Virus record (IMG/VR): IMGVR_UViG_3300025133_000029 | Location: 1-64,000 of that record | DNA from: a virus | Direction: 5' to 3' (one strand) | DNA length: 64,000 nt | Shown: positions 6,989-17,100 of the stretch, piece after piece | Position numbering within the stretch: position 1 is the first letter of the stretch | Layout: the number at the start of each line of letters is the position of its first letter | Notes under the pieces: model-generated | The model's database searches: none | What the model was told of the DNA's origin: nothing | The model's input: only the letters and a program-made list of their open reading frames with translations | Program-made: the position numbers and the translations under genes

Positions 6989-7282
6989 ATGACAACAGCA
7001 TTGGTTACTACGATTCGAGATGATCAAGCAAAATTGAACATCACATGGGAAGGGCAAAACGGAGAACTTCCTGACGCGGTCCCTGCAAGCTCGAGCGACG
7101 AAGAGGTCAAAAGGTTCGCAGAGGAAGCCGTGCGAGGGGGAGACGTTCCGGGTATTTCGGCAGATCCCAATGCGGACTTTTCGAGCTTTGTCGTTCGTCG
7201 GTATGAACCGGAGGCGAGGGTTCCATATCTTCGGTTTTTCTTGCAACCCAAAACTCAGTTTGGGATTGCTCCAAAATGGTAG
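6989..7282 (+). CDS. small ubiquitin-like (beta-grasp) protein candidate
   Basis: 97 aa; strand-strand-helix-strand pattern; ends LRFFLQPKTQFG-IAPKW; directly after JAB and upstream of E1. Confidence 0.6.
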   Translation: MTTALVTTIRDDQAKLNITWEGQNGELPDAVPASSSDEEVKRFAEEAVRGGDVPGISADPNADFSSFVVRRYEPEARVPYLRFFLQPKTQFGIAPKW

Positions 7283-8142
7283 CGCATCCAGGAGAAATGA
7301 CGGCAAGGGATCGCTTCTACAGTGATAGGTTAGAGAAAACCTTTTTCATTATAGAAGCGACTTCCTTTGAGCAGCACACTCTTTGGCAGAACCACCACTA
7401 CTACCCAACTCTCTCGCTAGATTATAGAGGATTTCGAGAGGAGTCTGTTTCGTGGGATAGTCTGTCTGGGATAATTATAACGATAGGGCACTTGGGGGAA
7501 AAGCTAGTTGCTATTTCTTTATCGTGGGTTATGGTTAATGGAGTGCCTGTTCTGTTTTGGTGTCCTAGCTCGAAAGTGGTTTGCTATGACTTGATAGAGA
7601 AGTGGTTCTCTGAGAATTGTGTACCAGAACGATGGGGTAATGGTACGCGAAGGTCGTATACGGATGCGAACAACTTCAGTCATTGTAGAATTGCAATTAA
7701 AGAATATAAGGATGGCGAACACAGCAATCCTTATAAATATCCATTTGACTTTCCGATACATTCACCACCAAAGGAAATCGATCTGAAAGATTTGGAAGCT
7801 TTTGATTTAGCAAAGCGACAGAAGGATCTGGATGTTTGTTGCAGATCTTGTGGTCGAAGTGATATCCGCCTCTATCGAAGCTATGGGGGATTTCGGCGAA
7901 CCGAAGAAGATAGATGCAACGAGCATCTGGAGGAGGTCTGTTCGGGTGAGGATTTTAGGGGGTGGTATGTTCCTCTTATAGTCGATGATGCGGGGAATGC
8001 ATGGGGATATACTTCAGTTCCGCAAAATGCTATAGATGCTTTCTATGGTTTAGAAGATTTTACACAGGAAAAACCATATTGGTGTGGTCCTGGTGAAAGA
8101 TCTGATGGGATTTCGGGTTGGTCTAATCGGTCATTGGCTTAG
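7276..8142 (+). CDS. hypothetical protein
   Basis: Overlapping ORF in the operon; CxxC in the second half. Confidence 0.6.
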   Translation: MVAHPGEMTARDRFYSDRLEKTFFIIEATSFEQHTLWQNHHYYPTLSLDYRGFREESVSWDSLSGIIITIGHLGEKLVAISLSWVMVNGVPVLFWCPSSKVVCYDLIEKWFSENCVPERWGNGTRRSYTDANNFSHCRIAIKEYKDGEHSNPYKYPFDFPIHSPPKEIDLKDLEAFDLAKRQKDLDVCCRSCGRSDIRLYRSYGGFRRTEEDRCNEHLEEVCSGEDFRGWYVPLIVDDAGNAWGYTSVPQNAIDAFYGLEDFTQEKPYWCGPGERSDGISGWSNRSLA

Positions 8143-8146
8143 GGAT

Positions 8147-8707
8147 ATGATTATTGTAGATTCCTTACAAAATGATCCGACAAATGTTATTTTTTTAGAC
8201 ATGGATGGCGTTCTCAATAATAGAGATTTTTTAACAGAATCATTTCTAAGATGGAAGAGAGATAAAAAGAAGGGAATTGTTAAAGACTGGGGAATTGGTG
8301 AGGGGTTTTTGTATTTGATTTGCGAACAACTGGTAGAGCGACTGAATCGAATAACATTGGCCACAGATGCAAAGTTAGTAATGTCTTCTTCTTGGCGTTA
8401 TTCGTGGTATGAAGACTTTGAGGGACTTCAAGATTTATTCAAAAATGCAGGGATTCAAGGTGAGTTAATAGGGATGACGCCTTTGGGAGTGTCTGGAGGG
8501 GATTCGCGAGGAAAACAGATACAACGATGGTTGGATGAAAATCTTAAAAATTCTAAAGGGTGGCAAATAAATAGATTTATCATTTTGGATGATAGTTCTG
8601 ATATGGAGCATTTGATGTCGTTCTTGGTGAGGACAAGCTTGCATGGCCCCATGGGAGGTTTGCAAGACAAACATGTAAAAAAAGCAATCTCTCAATTATT
8701 AGGATAA
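8147..8707 (+). CDS. HAD-superfamily phosphatase (Swiss-army-knife RNA-repair-like HAD)
   Basis: FLDMDGVLN, MSSSWR, RGKQIQRWL and IILDD motifs. Confidence 0.8.
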   Translation: MIIVDSLQNDPTNVIFLDMDGVLNNRDFLTESFLRWKRDKKKGIVKDWGIGEGFLYLICEQLVERLNRITLATDAKLVMSSSWRYSWYEDFEGLQDLFKNAGIQGELIGMTPLGVSGGDSRGKQIQRWLDENLKNSKGWQINRFIILDDSSDMEHLMSFLVRTSLHGPMGGLQDKHVKKAISQLLG

Positions 8708-8744
8708 TAAGAATATTGTTTTTTTTGAATCCAATGGAGTTGTT

Positions 8745-9371
8745 ATGCCTTTTGGTAAACTTATTCCTGAAATGGAGACGTATTTAGCGAATCTATGTGC
8801 AGGACGTCATGTGTGGGATTTAGGTGCAGGTGATTGCATAAGGTCCTTGGGTTTGTATAACTTGGGTGCATCAAGGGTTACAGCGGTTGATAAGGCTTTT
8901 CTTAAGGGGGAGTTGGGAAATCCATCTGTTGCAGAAGGTCTTCCGGATCTATACAGAGATGATTGGTTTTCTGCGATTGCTTGTTATTTCGAAGATCTTT
9001 TTTCAGGAAATCATATTCCTAGAGATGGAATTGATATTGCCTTTGTTTCTTGGCCAGTTGACAAGCGGAGTATGTCGGGTTTAGTCAAAGTGTTGGAAGC
9101 ATCTGATGTTATTGTTTATTTGGGCAAAAATACAGATGGAACTCAGTGTGGCAATGCGGAGTTGTTTCGGTATTTACTCCATAGAGAAATATTAGTGCAT
9201 ATTCCTTGTGAGATAAACACATTGATTGTGTACGGAGATGTGAGGATGTGTAGAAGGGAGAGAATTCTTTTCGAGGAGTATTGTGCTTTTTATCATGGCT
9301 TAGTCTCTTATGATTCTGGCTATGCGCAATTGAATCAGGATATGTTGTATTGGTTAAATTTTGGGTCTTAA
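8745..9371 (+). CDS. SAM-dependent methyltransferase-like protein
   Basis: VWDLGAG motif I, VTAVD motif II, FVSWP. Confidence 0.6.
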   Translation: MPFGKLIPEMETYLANLCAGRHVWDLGAGDCIRSLGLYNLGASRVTAVDKAFLKGELGNPSVAEGLPDLYRDDWFSAIACYFEDLFSGNHIPRDGIDIAFVSWPVDKRSMSGLVKVLEASDVIVYLGKNTDGTQCGNAELFRYLLHREILVHIPCEINTLIVYGDVRMCRRERILFEEYCAFYHGLVSYDSGYAQLNQDMLYWLNFGS

Positions 9372-9383
9372 GGGGAAAGAAAC

Positions 9384-9983
9384 GTGTCAAAGAAAATAGT
9401 TATTGTGGGTGGCGGTGCTCTGGGTTCTCATCTATTGTTTGGCTTGAGGGCACAATTGTTTACTCGTAGTGGCGAAGGACTGTCTGTATGTGTTGTTGAC
9501 TTTGATGTTGTTGAGCAAAAGAACCTTTGGTCTCAATTGCATACTAAGATGTCTATTCGAAAACGAAAATCACAAGCTTTGCAGCAGGCTATGAATGGTC
9601 TTTTTGGGATTCGTATCGAAAGCAACACGAATCGTCTAGAAGAGAATAACAAAGAGGTTATTTTGAATGATGCATTCTTGATTGTGGATTGTGTTGATAA
9701 TGCAGCGACACGAATACTTATTCAAGAGTACGCAAGGGAGAAAAATATTGCGTGTCTCCATGGCGCACTTGCGGCGGGTGGGATTTTTGGAAGCGTCCAT
9801 TGGAATGAGAGGTTTGTAGTGGATGAAGATCCAGAAGAAGAGCAAGCGACGTGCGAGGATGGAGCCTTTCTACCATTCATACAATTCACATCTGCTTTGA
9901 TGGCAGGAACCATTCAGGAGTTCTTGGAGAGTGGGAAAAAGAGAAGCTTTAATCTATTTCCTTGGAATGTTTTAGAAATATAG
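9384..9983 (+). CDS. ThiF/MoeB/E1-like adenylyltransferase
   Basis: IVGGGALGS, DFDVVEQKNL..Q, K, DCVDN; candidate catalytic Cys in EQATCE; no CxxC zinc pairs. Confidence 0.9.
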   Translation: MSKKIVIVGGGALGSHLLFGLRAQLFTRSGEGLSVCVVDFDVVEQKNLWSQLHTKMSIRKRKSQALQQAMNGLFGIRIESNTNRLEENNKEVILNDAFLIVDCVDNAATRILIQEYAREKNIACLHGALAAGGIFGSVHWNERFVVDEDPEEEQATCEDGAFLPFIQFTSALMAGTIQEFLESGKKRSFNLFPWNVLEI

Positions 9984-10020
9984 GGGTTGTGACTTCTTAG
10001 AACATATATAATTGTTATCT

Positions 10021-10075
10021 TAATAATGGGAAGGGGAGATCTTTAGAGTCTAAAGATCTCCCCTTCCCATTATTA
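10021..10075. repeat. 55-bp perfect palindrome centred on 17-bp repeat copy 3 (10040-10056)
   Basis: TAATAATGGGAAGGGGAGATCTTTAGA-G-TCTAAAGATCTCCCCTTCCCATTATTA. Confidence 0.97.
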
Positions 10076-10114
10076 CAAAGTAATCACGGATTTATATTTT
10101 GGAGGATTATTCTT

Positions 10115-12034
10115 ATGCAGGCATTGGTTGAGATAGACTCTGTTTTTTCGCGAGTGTTTTGCTTAGATGAAAAAGGTCAAAAAATAAGTCTAAATCGATG
10201 GATAGAGCTATTTAGGGATGCAGTCTTGTCTGCTACATCGTATATGTCGTCTGGGTGTCAATTCTCAGATAATTATAGAAATGGAACATGGGATGGTCGG
10301 ATTAGGTTACAGAAAACCTTGTCAGGAAGAATTGGTTATTCGTTTCCAACAGGTTTAGTAGGCCATGTCGTACAAATGCTGCAAATGTCGAACATTGCCA
10401 TTAATTACTTGGATTGCAGATCGAAGCCCGTGCCTCATTGTGAGCCATTGCATGAACTAGCAGGGTTTACTCTTCGTTCTTATCAAAATCGCATGATTTC
10501 CTCTATCCTGGAGCAACCTGAGAGTATTTACTCGATAGGAGAGGAGTGGGGAGAATATCTTTATGACGGAACAGGAATAAAAACACCGCTACGAGTATCA
10601 GGACTGGGAATATGGTGTGCTGCGACGGGGGGCGGGAAGACATTAACGGTTGCAGGATTAATAGGTCGCCTTGCAGTAAAGACCCTCTTTGTTGTTTATG
10701 GAAACAATCTTGTCCTGCAGACCTATAGGCGTTTTGAAGAAGCTTTTTCTAATTGGTTTATAACAAATGATTTAACTATGGGTTTGGGAATAGAGGGAAA
10801 CCTGGACGAGGGCTTTGTAACAGTAGCTGGAATAAGCACATTATCGTCTATATTAGAGAGATGTGACAAAACAATCAGTCGTGTAAAGAAAACAATTGGG
10901 GACCTGCTAAAAGAGGGAAAGCTCTCGACCACGGCTAAAAACTTACTTCGTGAGTATTTATCGGTTTATACGAAGGTTTCAAAATCAACTAGACTTTTGG
11001 AGATAGCACAAGAACTATACAATCTAGGCGCTGTATCAGAAAAGGTCTTAAATATTCTTGGTCAGTTCCCTGTTAATTACAGGAATGCTTTGGGTGCCAG
11101 GACGGAGTTGATAGAATACTTAAAAACAGTGGAACTCTTGGTATATGATGAAGCCCATGGAGCAGGAAGCAAGATGGGTTATGGTTTTTGTCAAGAGTGT
11201 CCTGCGTATTATCGTTTGGCGATGTCTGCAACACCTTTGGATCGTTCAGACGAAGCAAACTTGAAGGTCGTGGCGTCTTTTGGTGATTTATTGGTGAATG
11301 TAACTAGTAAAGAGTTGCGGGATGCAGGCGTTCTTCCCCCGGCAGAAATATTTTTGCTTACGGTGCTTGGAGAGGTTGAGGGGAAATGGCCTGGAGCCTA
11401 CACAGACGGTATTGTGAACTATGAGGATAGAAATTCGTGGGTTTTTGATGTTCTGGCGATAGAAAGATCTTTAGGTATGCGGTGTTTGGTCCTTTTTGAT
11501 CGAATCGAACACGGAGAAAATTTGGGTGATGGAATGGAAGCGGGTAGAGGCTCTCTGCATGGAGACACAGGTAGTTTTATTATTCTAGATGGTGATTCAA
11601 GTTTGGATGAGAGAGAAGAGGGCATTGATTTATTTAAGAGTGGGGAAATTGATGTTCTTTTTGCGTCTAAGATTTTCAAGCAAGGGATTGATCTTCCGGA
11701 AATTGATGTTTTAATTGTGGCATCTGGAGGAAAGGGGAAGATTCCGGTTCTACAAGGTTTGGGGAGGGGGTTACGTGGCACGAGATTGAGAGTGTATGAT
11801 TTTTCAGACTTTCAGCACAAAATCCTTGCAAGGCACTCACTAACAAGGCATAAAATCTATGAGTCTCAAGGATGTTATAGTATTAAATACATTCAAACGT
11901 TGAATGAGTTGCGTCAGGTGCTATTAGAGAAGGAAGAAGGAGAAACAAATGACGTCGTCGATAGCGGTACCAATTCCGGAACAAGTCAAGAAGAAAGAGG
12001 AGAAGGAGGGGGACAAGGTTCCTTTGGATTCTAA
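10115..12034 (+). CDS. SF2 DEAH helicase, UvsW-like
   Basis: WDGRIRL N-terminus; AATGGGKT, DEAH, SATP, GIDLP and QGLGRGLR motifs. Confidence 0.85.
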   Translation: MQALVEIDSVFSRVFCLDEKGQKISLNRWIELFRDAVLSATSYMSSGCQFSDNYRNGTWDGRIRLQKTLSGRIGYSFPTGLVGHVVQMLQMSNIAINYLDCRSKPVPHCEPLHELAGFTLRSYQNRMISSILEQPESIYSIGEEWGEYLYDGTGIKTPLRVSGLGIWCAATGGGKTLTVAGLIGRLAVKTLFVVYGNNLVLQTYRRFEEAFSNWFITNDLTMGLGIEGNLDEGFVTVAGISTLSSILERCDKTISRVKKTIGDLLKEGKLSTTAKNLLREYLSVYTKVSKSTRLLEIAQELYNLGAVSEKVLNILGQFPVNYRNALGARTELIEYLKTVELLVYDEAHGAGSKMGYGFCQECPAYYRLAMSATPLDRSDEANLKVVASFGDLLVNVTSKELRDAGVLPPAEIFLLTVLGEVEGKWPGAYTDGIVNYEDRNSWVFDVLAIERSLGMRCLVLFDRIEHGENLGDGMEAGRGSLHGDTGSFIILDGDSSLDEREEGIDLFKSGEIDVLFASKIFKQGIDLPEIDVLIVASGGKGKIPVLQGLGRGLRGTRLRVYDFSDFQHKILARHSLTRHKIYESQGCYSIKYIQTLNELRQVLLEKEEGETNDVVDSGTNSGTSQEERGEGGGQGSFGF

Positions 12035-12668
12035 TTTGGAAAATTCAGATACATTGTCAAAGAATCCTGTGACGAAATCGAGTGGATTGGGAGACATTTC
12101 TGCAGAGTTAGAGCAGCTTTTGGAAGATCACGGGGAAGCTACTAATCATGCTTTAGAATCGCTTATCGGTAGTGAATTGTCGACTGTTTTTTCTGTTCTT
12201 GAAAAAGGTTATTTAGAGAATGGATTTGGTGGATTATTGGTCGTTCCCCGTGATGTAGCACAGCATGTTTCTTTTGCATGGACGCGACTTTTACAAGCGA
12301 TGAAGGAGAGAGGGGAATACGGGGGAAGTGTAGAGGGTAACGCTTTTATTTGTCGGATGATGCCGGATGGGAGCCTTTTCTTAAAGGCTGTGCCTATGCC
12401 TGAAGGGCTTGTTTTTTGTTCAACTCCTTTTGCACCTCCTGTGCAACAATTAGGTGGATTACCTAAATTGCCATCGCAATCTGGTCCGGTCCCCCAGAAT
12501 TTTCGTTTTGATGGAAATGAAAATCTTGAGAATGTTGAACCATTGCAAACAAATTTGGTTCCACTTCCAAGCCAAGAAAATTCGCAAGACAAAAAAGCTG
12601 CGAGTGCTTCTGGGGTAAAAAGAAGGTCTATTATACTTAGTAATAATGGCGATGTTGTTGTTGACTAA
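11949..12668 (+). CDS. hypothetical protein
   Basis: AAGGAG RBS; no motif recognised. Confidence 0.6.
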   Translation: MTSSIAVPIPEQVKKKEEKEGDKVPLDSNLENSDTLSKNPVTKSSGLGDISAELEQLLEDHGEATNHALESLIGSELSTVFSVLEKGYLENGFGGLLVVPRDVAQHVSFAWTRLLQAMKERGEYGGSVEGNAFICRMMPDGSLFLKAVPMPEGLVFCSTPFAPPVQQLGGLPKLPSQSGPVPQNFRFDGNENLENVEPLQTNLVPLPSQENSQDKKAASASGVKRRSIILSNNGDVVVD

Positions 12669-12748
12669 TTGATATTTTAGAGTTCTGGTAAGATAATCAA
12701 AATGCGTCTTAAGTATATAGTTTATAACTTGTTTTTATAAGGAGATAT

Positions 12749-13363
12749 TTGATGTCTGACTGGTCTGAGAGCGCCTTTGCATCTACAGCTTTTCTTTGGG
12801 TAGAGACAGATACACAAAGTCTATTGAATTCAGATAAAGTTGAGGAGTCTTGGCTCGGAGTGTCAATACCGGAGAAATTTGACGGAATATTTCGATCGTG
12901 GTGTCGAACGCTTTCTATGGCAGATTATCGTTTTGTGGGGTCTTTGAATTTTTGGTTATTTGCTCCCAGTATGCGTAAGGATCTGTTGGAGCGTTTTATC
13001 GGGTATGGTCTTGTTCTCGAGGAAAAGAAACCTGCTCGTCTGGGTGGGCCAAGGTGGGGAGGTGGAGGTGGAGGTGGAGGGGATTCTTTTTCTCCACAGG
13101 GTCCATCACCATCAGGTGGCGGGGATAAACTTGAGGGTCAAACGACAAAAACTTTTGCATCTGAATATTTAGAGGCATGTGAGATTTTGGGTTTGTCTCC
13201 GCATGCTCCTGAAGAAGTGGTGAAAGCAGCGTTTCGAGCTTTACAAAGAAAGCATCATCCTGATAAACAATTAACTGATGGACGGTCTTCTTCTGGCATA
13301 GATGCAGAGGCAAAGCGAATCAACTCTGCGATGGATACGATTAAGCAGCACCGTTCCTGGTAA
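12749..13363 (+). CDS. J-domain (DnaJ-like) protein
   Basis: C-terminal ACEILGL...VKAAFRALQRKHHPDK with HPD, after a Gly/Ser linker. Confidence 0.85.
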   Translation: MMSDWSESAFASTAFLWVETDTQSLLNSDKVEESWLGVSIPEKFDGIFRSWCRTLSMADYRFVGSLNFWLFAPSMRKDLLERFIGYGLVLEEKKPARLGGPRWGGGGGGGGDSFSPQGPSPSGGGDKLEGQTTKTFASEYLEACEILGLSPHAPEEVVKAAFRALQRKHHPDKQLTDGRSSSGIDAEAKRINSAMDTIKQHRSW

Positions 13364-13416
13364 TTATATATTCTTTCGAAAATTAGTTATTTACATGGGT
13401 TGTGTGGGGTTTACAC

Positions 13417-14142
13417 ATGGGATCTCGAAGTGCGTTGGGTGATGCTCCGGTGCCTCTTTCCTTAGTTTTGCGCGAGAAACAAGAGAAAAGAAAAAAACGA
13501 AGAGATAGAAGACGTCGGACAAGTAGCGCTCTATCATCCACAGATAAAGAAGAAATTATAAGGGGTGTATGTAGTGGGCGTTTTGCTCCTGTGGGGGGTA
13601 TAAAACAACAAACAGCACGCGCCGCTGATGAGATGGCCTCTCTGTGTGCAGAACTACATGCAGAATATTATGGGAGTAGGGTGTCTGATTGGCAATCACG
13701 ATCGCAGCAGAATAAAGGCCACTTGGGATGTTGCAGCAGAGCAGCGGCTCAGGCGGATATGTTAGGAGTGTGTTATCGAGATTACTTACGAGCGCAATTT
13801 TATTGGATCAATGATTATTTTTCTCGACCACCGAGATATTCGGAAATAGCAAGTCCCGGAGCTATAGTTCGTTACGAGAAGTGGAAGATTGTCAAAGAGG
13901 AGGGACAGGCACCACCTATGGTTGTTCATCCCGCGATTATGGGAAATATTGATCCAGGAGATCAGTCAGACAGTGATGTCATTGAATATGAAAAAATTGT
14001 ATTGGATCGCATGGTTCGTCAGTGGGGTAGTGAGGAGGAGGTCTGGAGAATGTTTGGTTCTCCTGAAGATACAGAAGTATTTTCAAGTGTTTTTAAGAAA
14101 ACCAGAGAAGTTTGGCGTTCCATGTATGGTAAAGATCTTTAG
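13417..14142 (+). CDS. hypothetical protein upstream of helicase
   Basis: ORF whose TAG stop lies inside the palindrome. Confidence 0.6.
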   Translation: MGSRSALGDAPVPLSLVLREKQEKRKKRRDRRRRTSSALSSTDKEEIIRGVCSGRFAPVGGIKQQTARAADEMASLCAELHAEYYGSRVSDWQSRSQQNKGHLGCCSRAAAQADMLGVCYRDYLRAQFYWINDYFSRPPRYSEIASPGAIVRYEKWKIVKEEGQAPPMVVHPAIMGNIDPGDQSDSDVIEYEKIVLDRMVRQWGSEEEVWRMFGSPEDTEVFSSVFKKTREVWRSMYGKDL

Positions 14143-14152
14143 ACTCTAAAGA
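14136..14152. repeat. 17-bp dispersed palindrome, copy 4
   Basis: TCTTTAGACTCTAAAGA, arms extend to AAAGA/TCTTT. Confidence 0.95.
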
Positions 14153-14175
14153 TCTTTGTTAGGGATTTTTTATAA

Positions 14176-17100
14176 ATGAAGAGTAAACTACCTCAGCCCC
14201 CATTGCCACAGCCTCCTCCGTCATTAGAGGCAACAGCCCACTCTCTTCCTCTTGTTCCTTTGTCGCCTCATTCAGTACCTCCGGAGATGCCTGTTTTTAT
14301 ATCGGCGAATATTCCGGGGTCTGGTAATTCCTTGCCTGTACCGAGCGGAGGAACGGATGGAATGGTTGGTGGGGCGCAACTGGCTAGGAATTCGGTTCAC
14401 CATTTCCCAACACAGCCAGTGGTGGATACCCCATCGCTTAGAGTCGCACCGACATTGCCAGAAAATGTTTGGGCAGAGCCAAAAGCTACAGCGAGTGTTT
14501 TGGATAAGTATCCTTTTCATAGTGAGGTTCAAGATGATATTTTGCGGCTTATGGCAACGAAAAAGCATTTTTCTCGAGCAGCTTTAGATTGGGTTAGACC
14601 TGGATATTTCGAAGGCGACGAGCGTCGAGCATTAGCAGCGACAATGTTAGACTTTTTTAAAGATTATGGATTTCCTCCAACCGAAGGGCAGATGTTCACA
14701 GAGTTGCAGCGGAGAGGGCAGCTTAGTGGTGAACTGAAGGAGAACTTAGAATCTTTAGTGGATAGTGTTTATCGTATTCCTCCAACAACACCAGACTATA
14801 CTGTGGAGGTAGTATCAGAGTTTGCAGAAACCCAGGCTTGGATTTCTGCAGTGTTACGTGCAGGCCCTCTCATCCGGCAAAGAAAATTTTCAGAGATGAA
14901 AAAAATAATGCGGGAAGCAGAGAATATTGGAGGGGTTCTTGAGACGGGCGGGACTTGGTTTTTTGAGGAAACCGAAGAGCGATCCCGACGCAGGAACGAT
15001 GAAGTGCATATTGCTTCTCGTATTATTCCGACAGGTGTTCCAGACCTGGATAGAATCATACGTTATGGTGGACCTGCTAAGGGAGAAGTAGGAATAGTAG
15101 TAGCCAGTACGGGCAAAGGCAAGTGCTTACGAGAAGACACTTGGCTGAGTGTGCCGGGAGGTTACAAACGTCTAGGAGACTTAATAAGAGAAGATATTGG
15201 ATTGGAAGATTTAGAAACAATATCTGAGGGATGGCATCAATTCAACAACCGACCGTTAGTATTTGATGCCAATGGTATTTGTCGTGAAATTGATAAATTC
15301 TATGCTAATGGAAACAAGATTTCTTATTCGGTGACAATGAGGGACGGGATGTCCTTAGTTGGAAGCTCGGAACATCCATTACTTGTAGTGAGGGATGGTA
15401 TCTGGACATGGATAACCATGTCCGAAATAAAAGAGGGAGATGTTGTTGCTTCTTTGCGTGATTCAAAACCTTTTGGTTTGAATTATGATAACGAGGTTTC
15501 GAATAATTTTAGCTTGGGTGGTGATTGGAATATTAGAAAGGGAAAGGAGAAGTTTACTCCTTTGCAGCGGTGGCCGACTAAAGGAAGTTCGGAACTGGCG
15601 GAATGGGTGTCCTTGTTGCTTGCAGAAGGTTATTATAATGCACCTCCAACGGCTCCCTATAGATTATCGTTTACAAATAAAGAAGATGTTCTGATAGATC
15701 GTTTTATATATCTATCACGAGAGTTATTTTCTTTGAATCTTCGGTCAGTTGCATCGGAGGATGGGAGTAAGGTTGTAATAATCGATAGCAAAGCTCTTGT
15801 TCGATATCTTTGTCTAATTGATATTCCTCCCGGACGATCAGCGGACAAGAGAGTACCTGCTTGGATTATGGACGGAGGGGAGGCAATACGGCGATCTTTT
15901 GTTTCAACTTTTTTTACGTGTGAATCGCATGTAAGAGATGACTTTTCGATAGAAATCTCGTCCGCGTCATCAGAAATGATAGAGCAGATACATCTGTTGC
16001 TTCTTTCTGATGGTATTTACTGTCGCTCGTTTGCAAAGCGTGGAACTGCGACAAATGGTCTAGATTTAGAACGTTTATATTTTCGTTTAATTGTTATGGG
16101 GAAAGAAAATCTAAGAAAATATAAGCAAATTGGCTTCATGTCGGGGAGCAATAAGTTTTTTGCTTTCCAAAAAGCATTACAAGCTCCAACATTTTCAAAC
16201 AGCTTAACGAATTTTAGAGATAAAATACATGGAGCACCATCGATATTAAGATCCATCAAGAAAAGAATACAAGAGATGGATTCAACTCCAGGAGGGAGAA
16301 TAAGGAGAGGGCTTGGATTATCGAATCGTCTAGGAAAGCGTATCAGTAATAATTTCAGAGCATCTATAGATCGGAATAGTGTTTCTTATGATTTCTGTTT
16401 GGAAATACTATCTGGATGCTCCAAAATTGAAGATGAGAAACTTCAAGGTTTATTGCAGGAGTTGAGATTATTAATTCGGTATAGAATGATTGAAGTTATA
16501 GATGTGCAAAGGACTCGGTGCTTTACCTATGACATAGAGGTCCCAGATTCTCATCATTTTATTGCCAATTCCTTTGTTTCACACAATTCGATCGCCCTTG
16601 GTCAGTTTGCTAGGAGAGGGGTCTGGGAAGGTGAAAATGTAGCTATTTTCTCTGGTGAGATGTCAGAAGAGAAATTCTCAGATCGTCTTGACGCAGCCTT
16701 CACAGGTTTGCGTATGAACGAGATTGGAAACGAAGAAGAGTTCCTTTCTCGCATGGAGATATTGCGCACACGTTTCAAGAAAAAGCTTTGGATTCGAAGG
16801 TTTCCAACAAAAGGTGCATCTATTGGGGATTTGAGAGCGTCGTTAGAGTCCATGAGGAGGGAAGGTTGGACTCCGGGTATGATTATTTTGGACTATGCAG
16901 CCTTAGTTAAGCCAGAGGTATCGAGAGATCAGAGGCATACCGAGATTCAGGAGATCCTTCAGGCTTTTAGGGGATTGTGTATTGATTTCGACGCAGTGGG
17001 TTGGACTGCACTTCAAGCATCTCGCCAAGGTGAGAAAGCATATATTATTAAGGGTGATCATGTTGCAACGTCTTGGGATAGTTTGGGGGATGCAGATTAT

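Noticed and set aside
9384-9983. ThiF/MoeB as part of thiamine or molybdopterin biosynthesis
   Set aside because: There are no thiG, moaE or cysteine-synthase neighbours in the window and the MoeB zinc CxxC pairs are missing. A sulfur-carrier role cannot be fully excluded.
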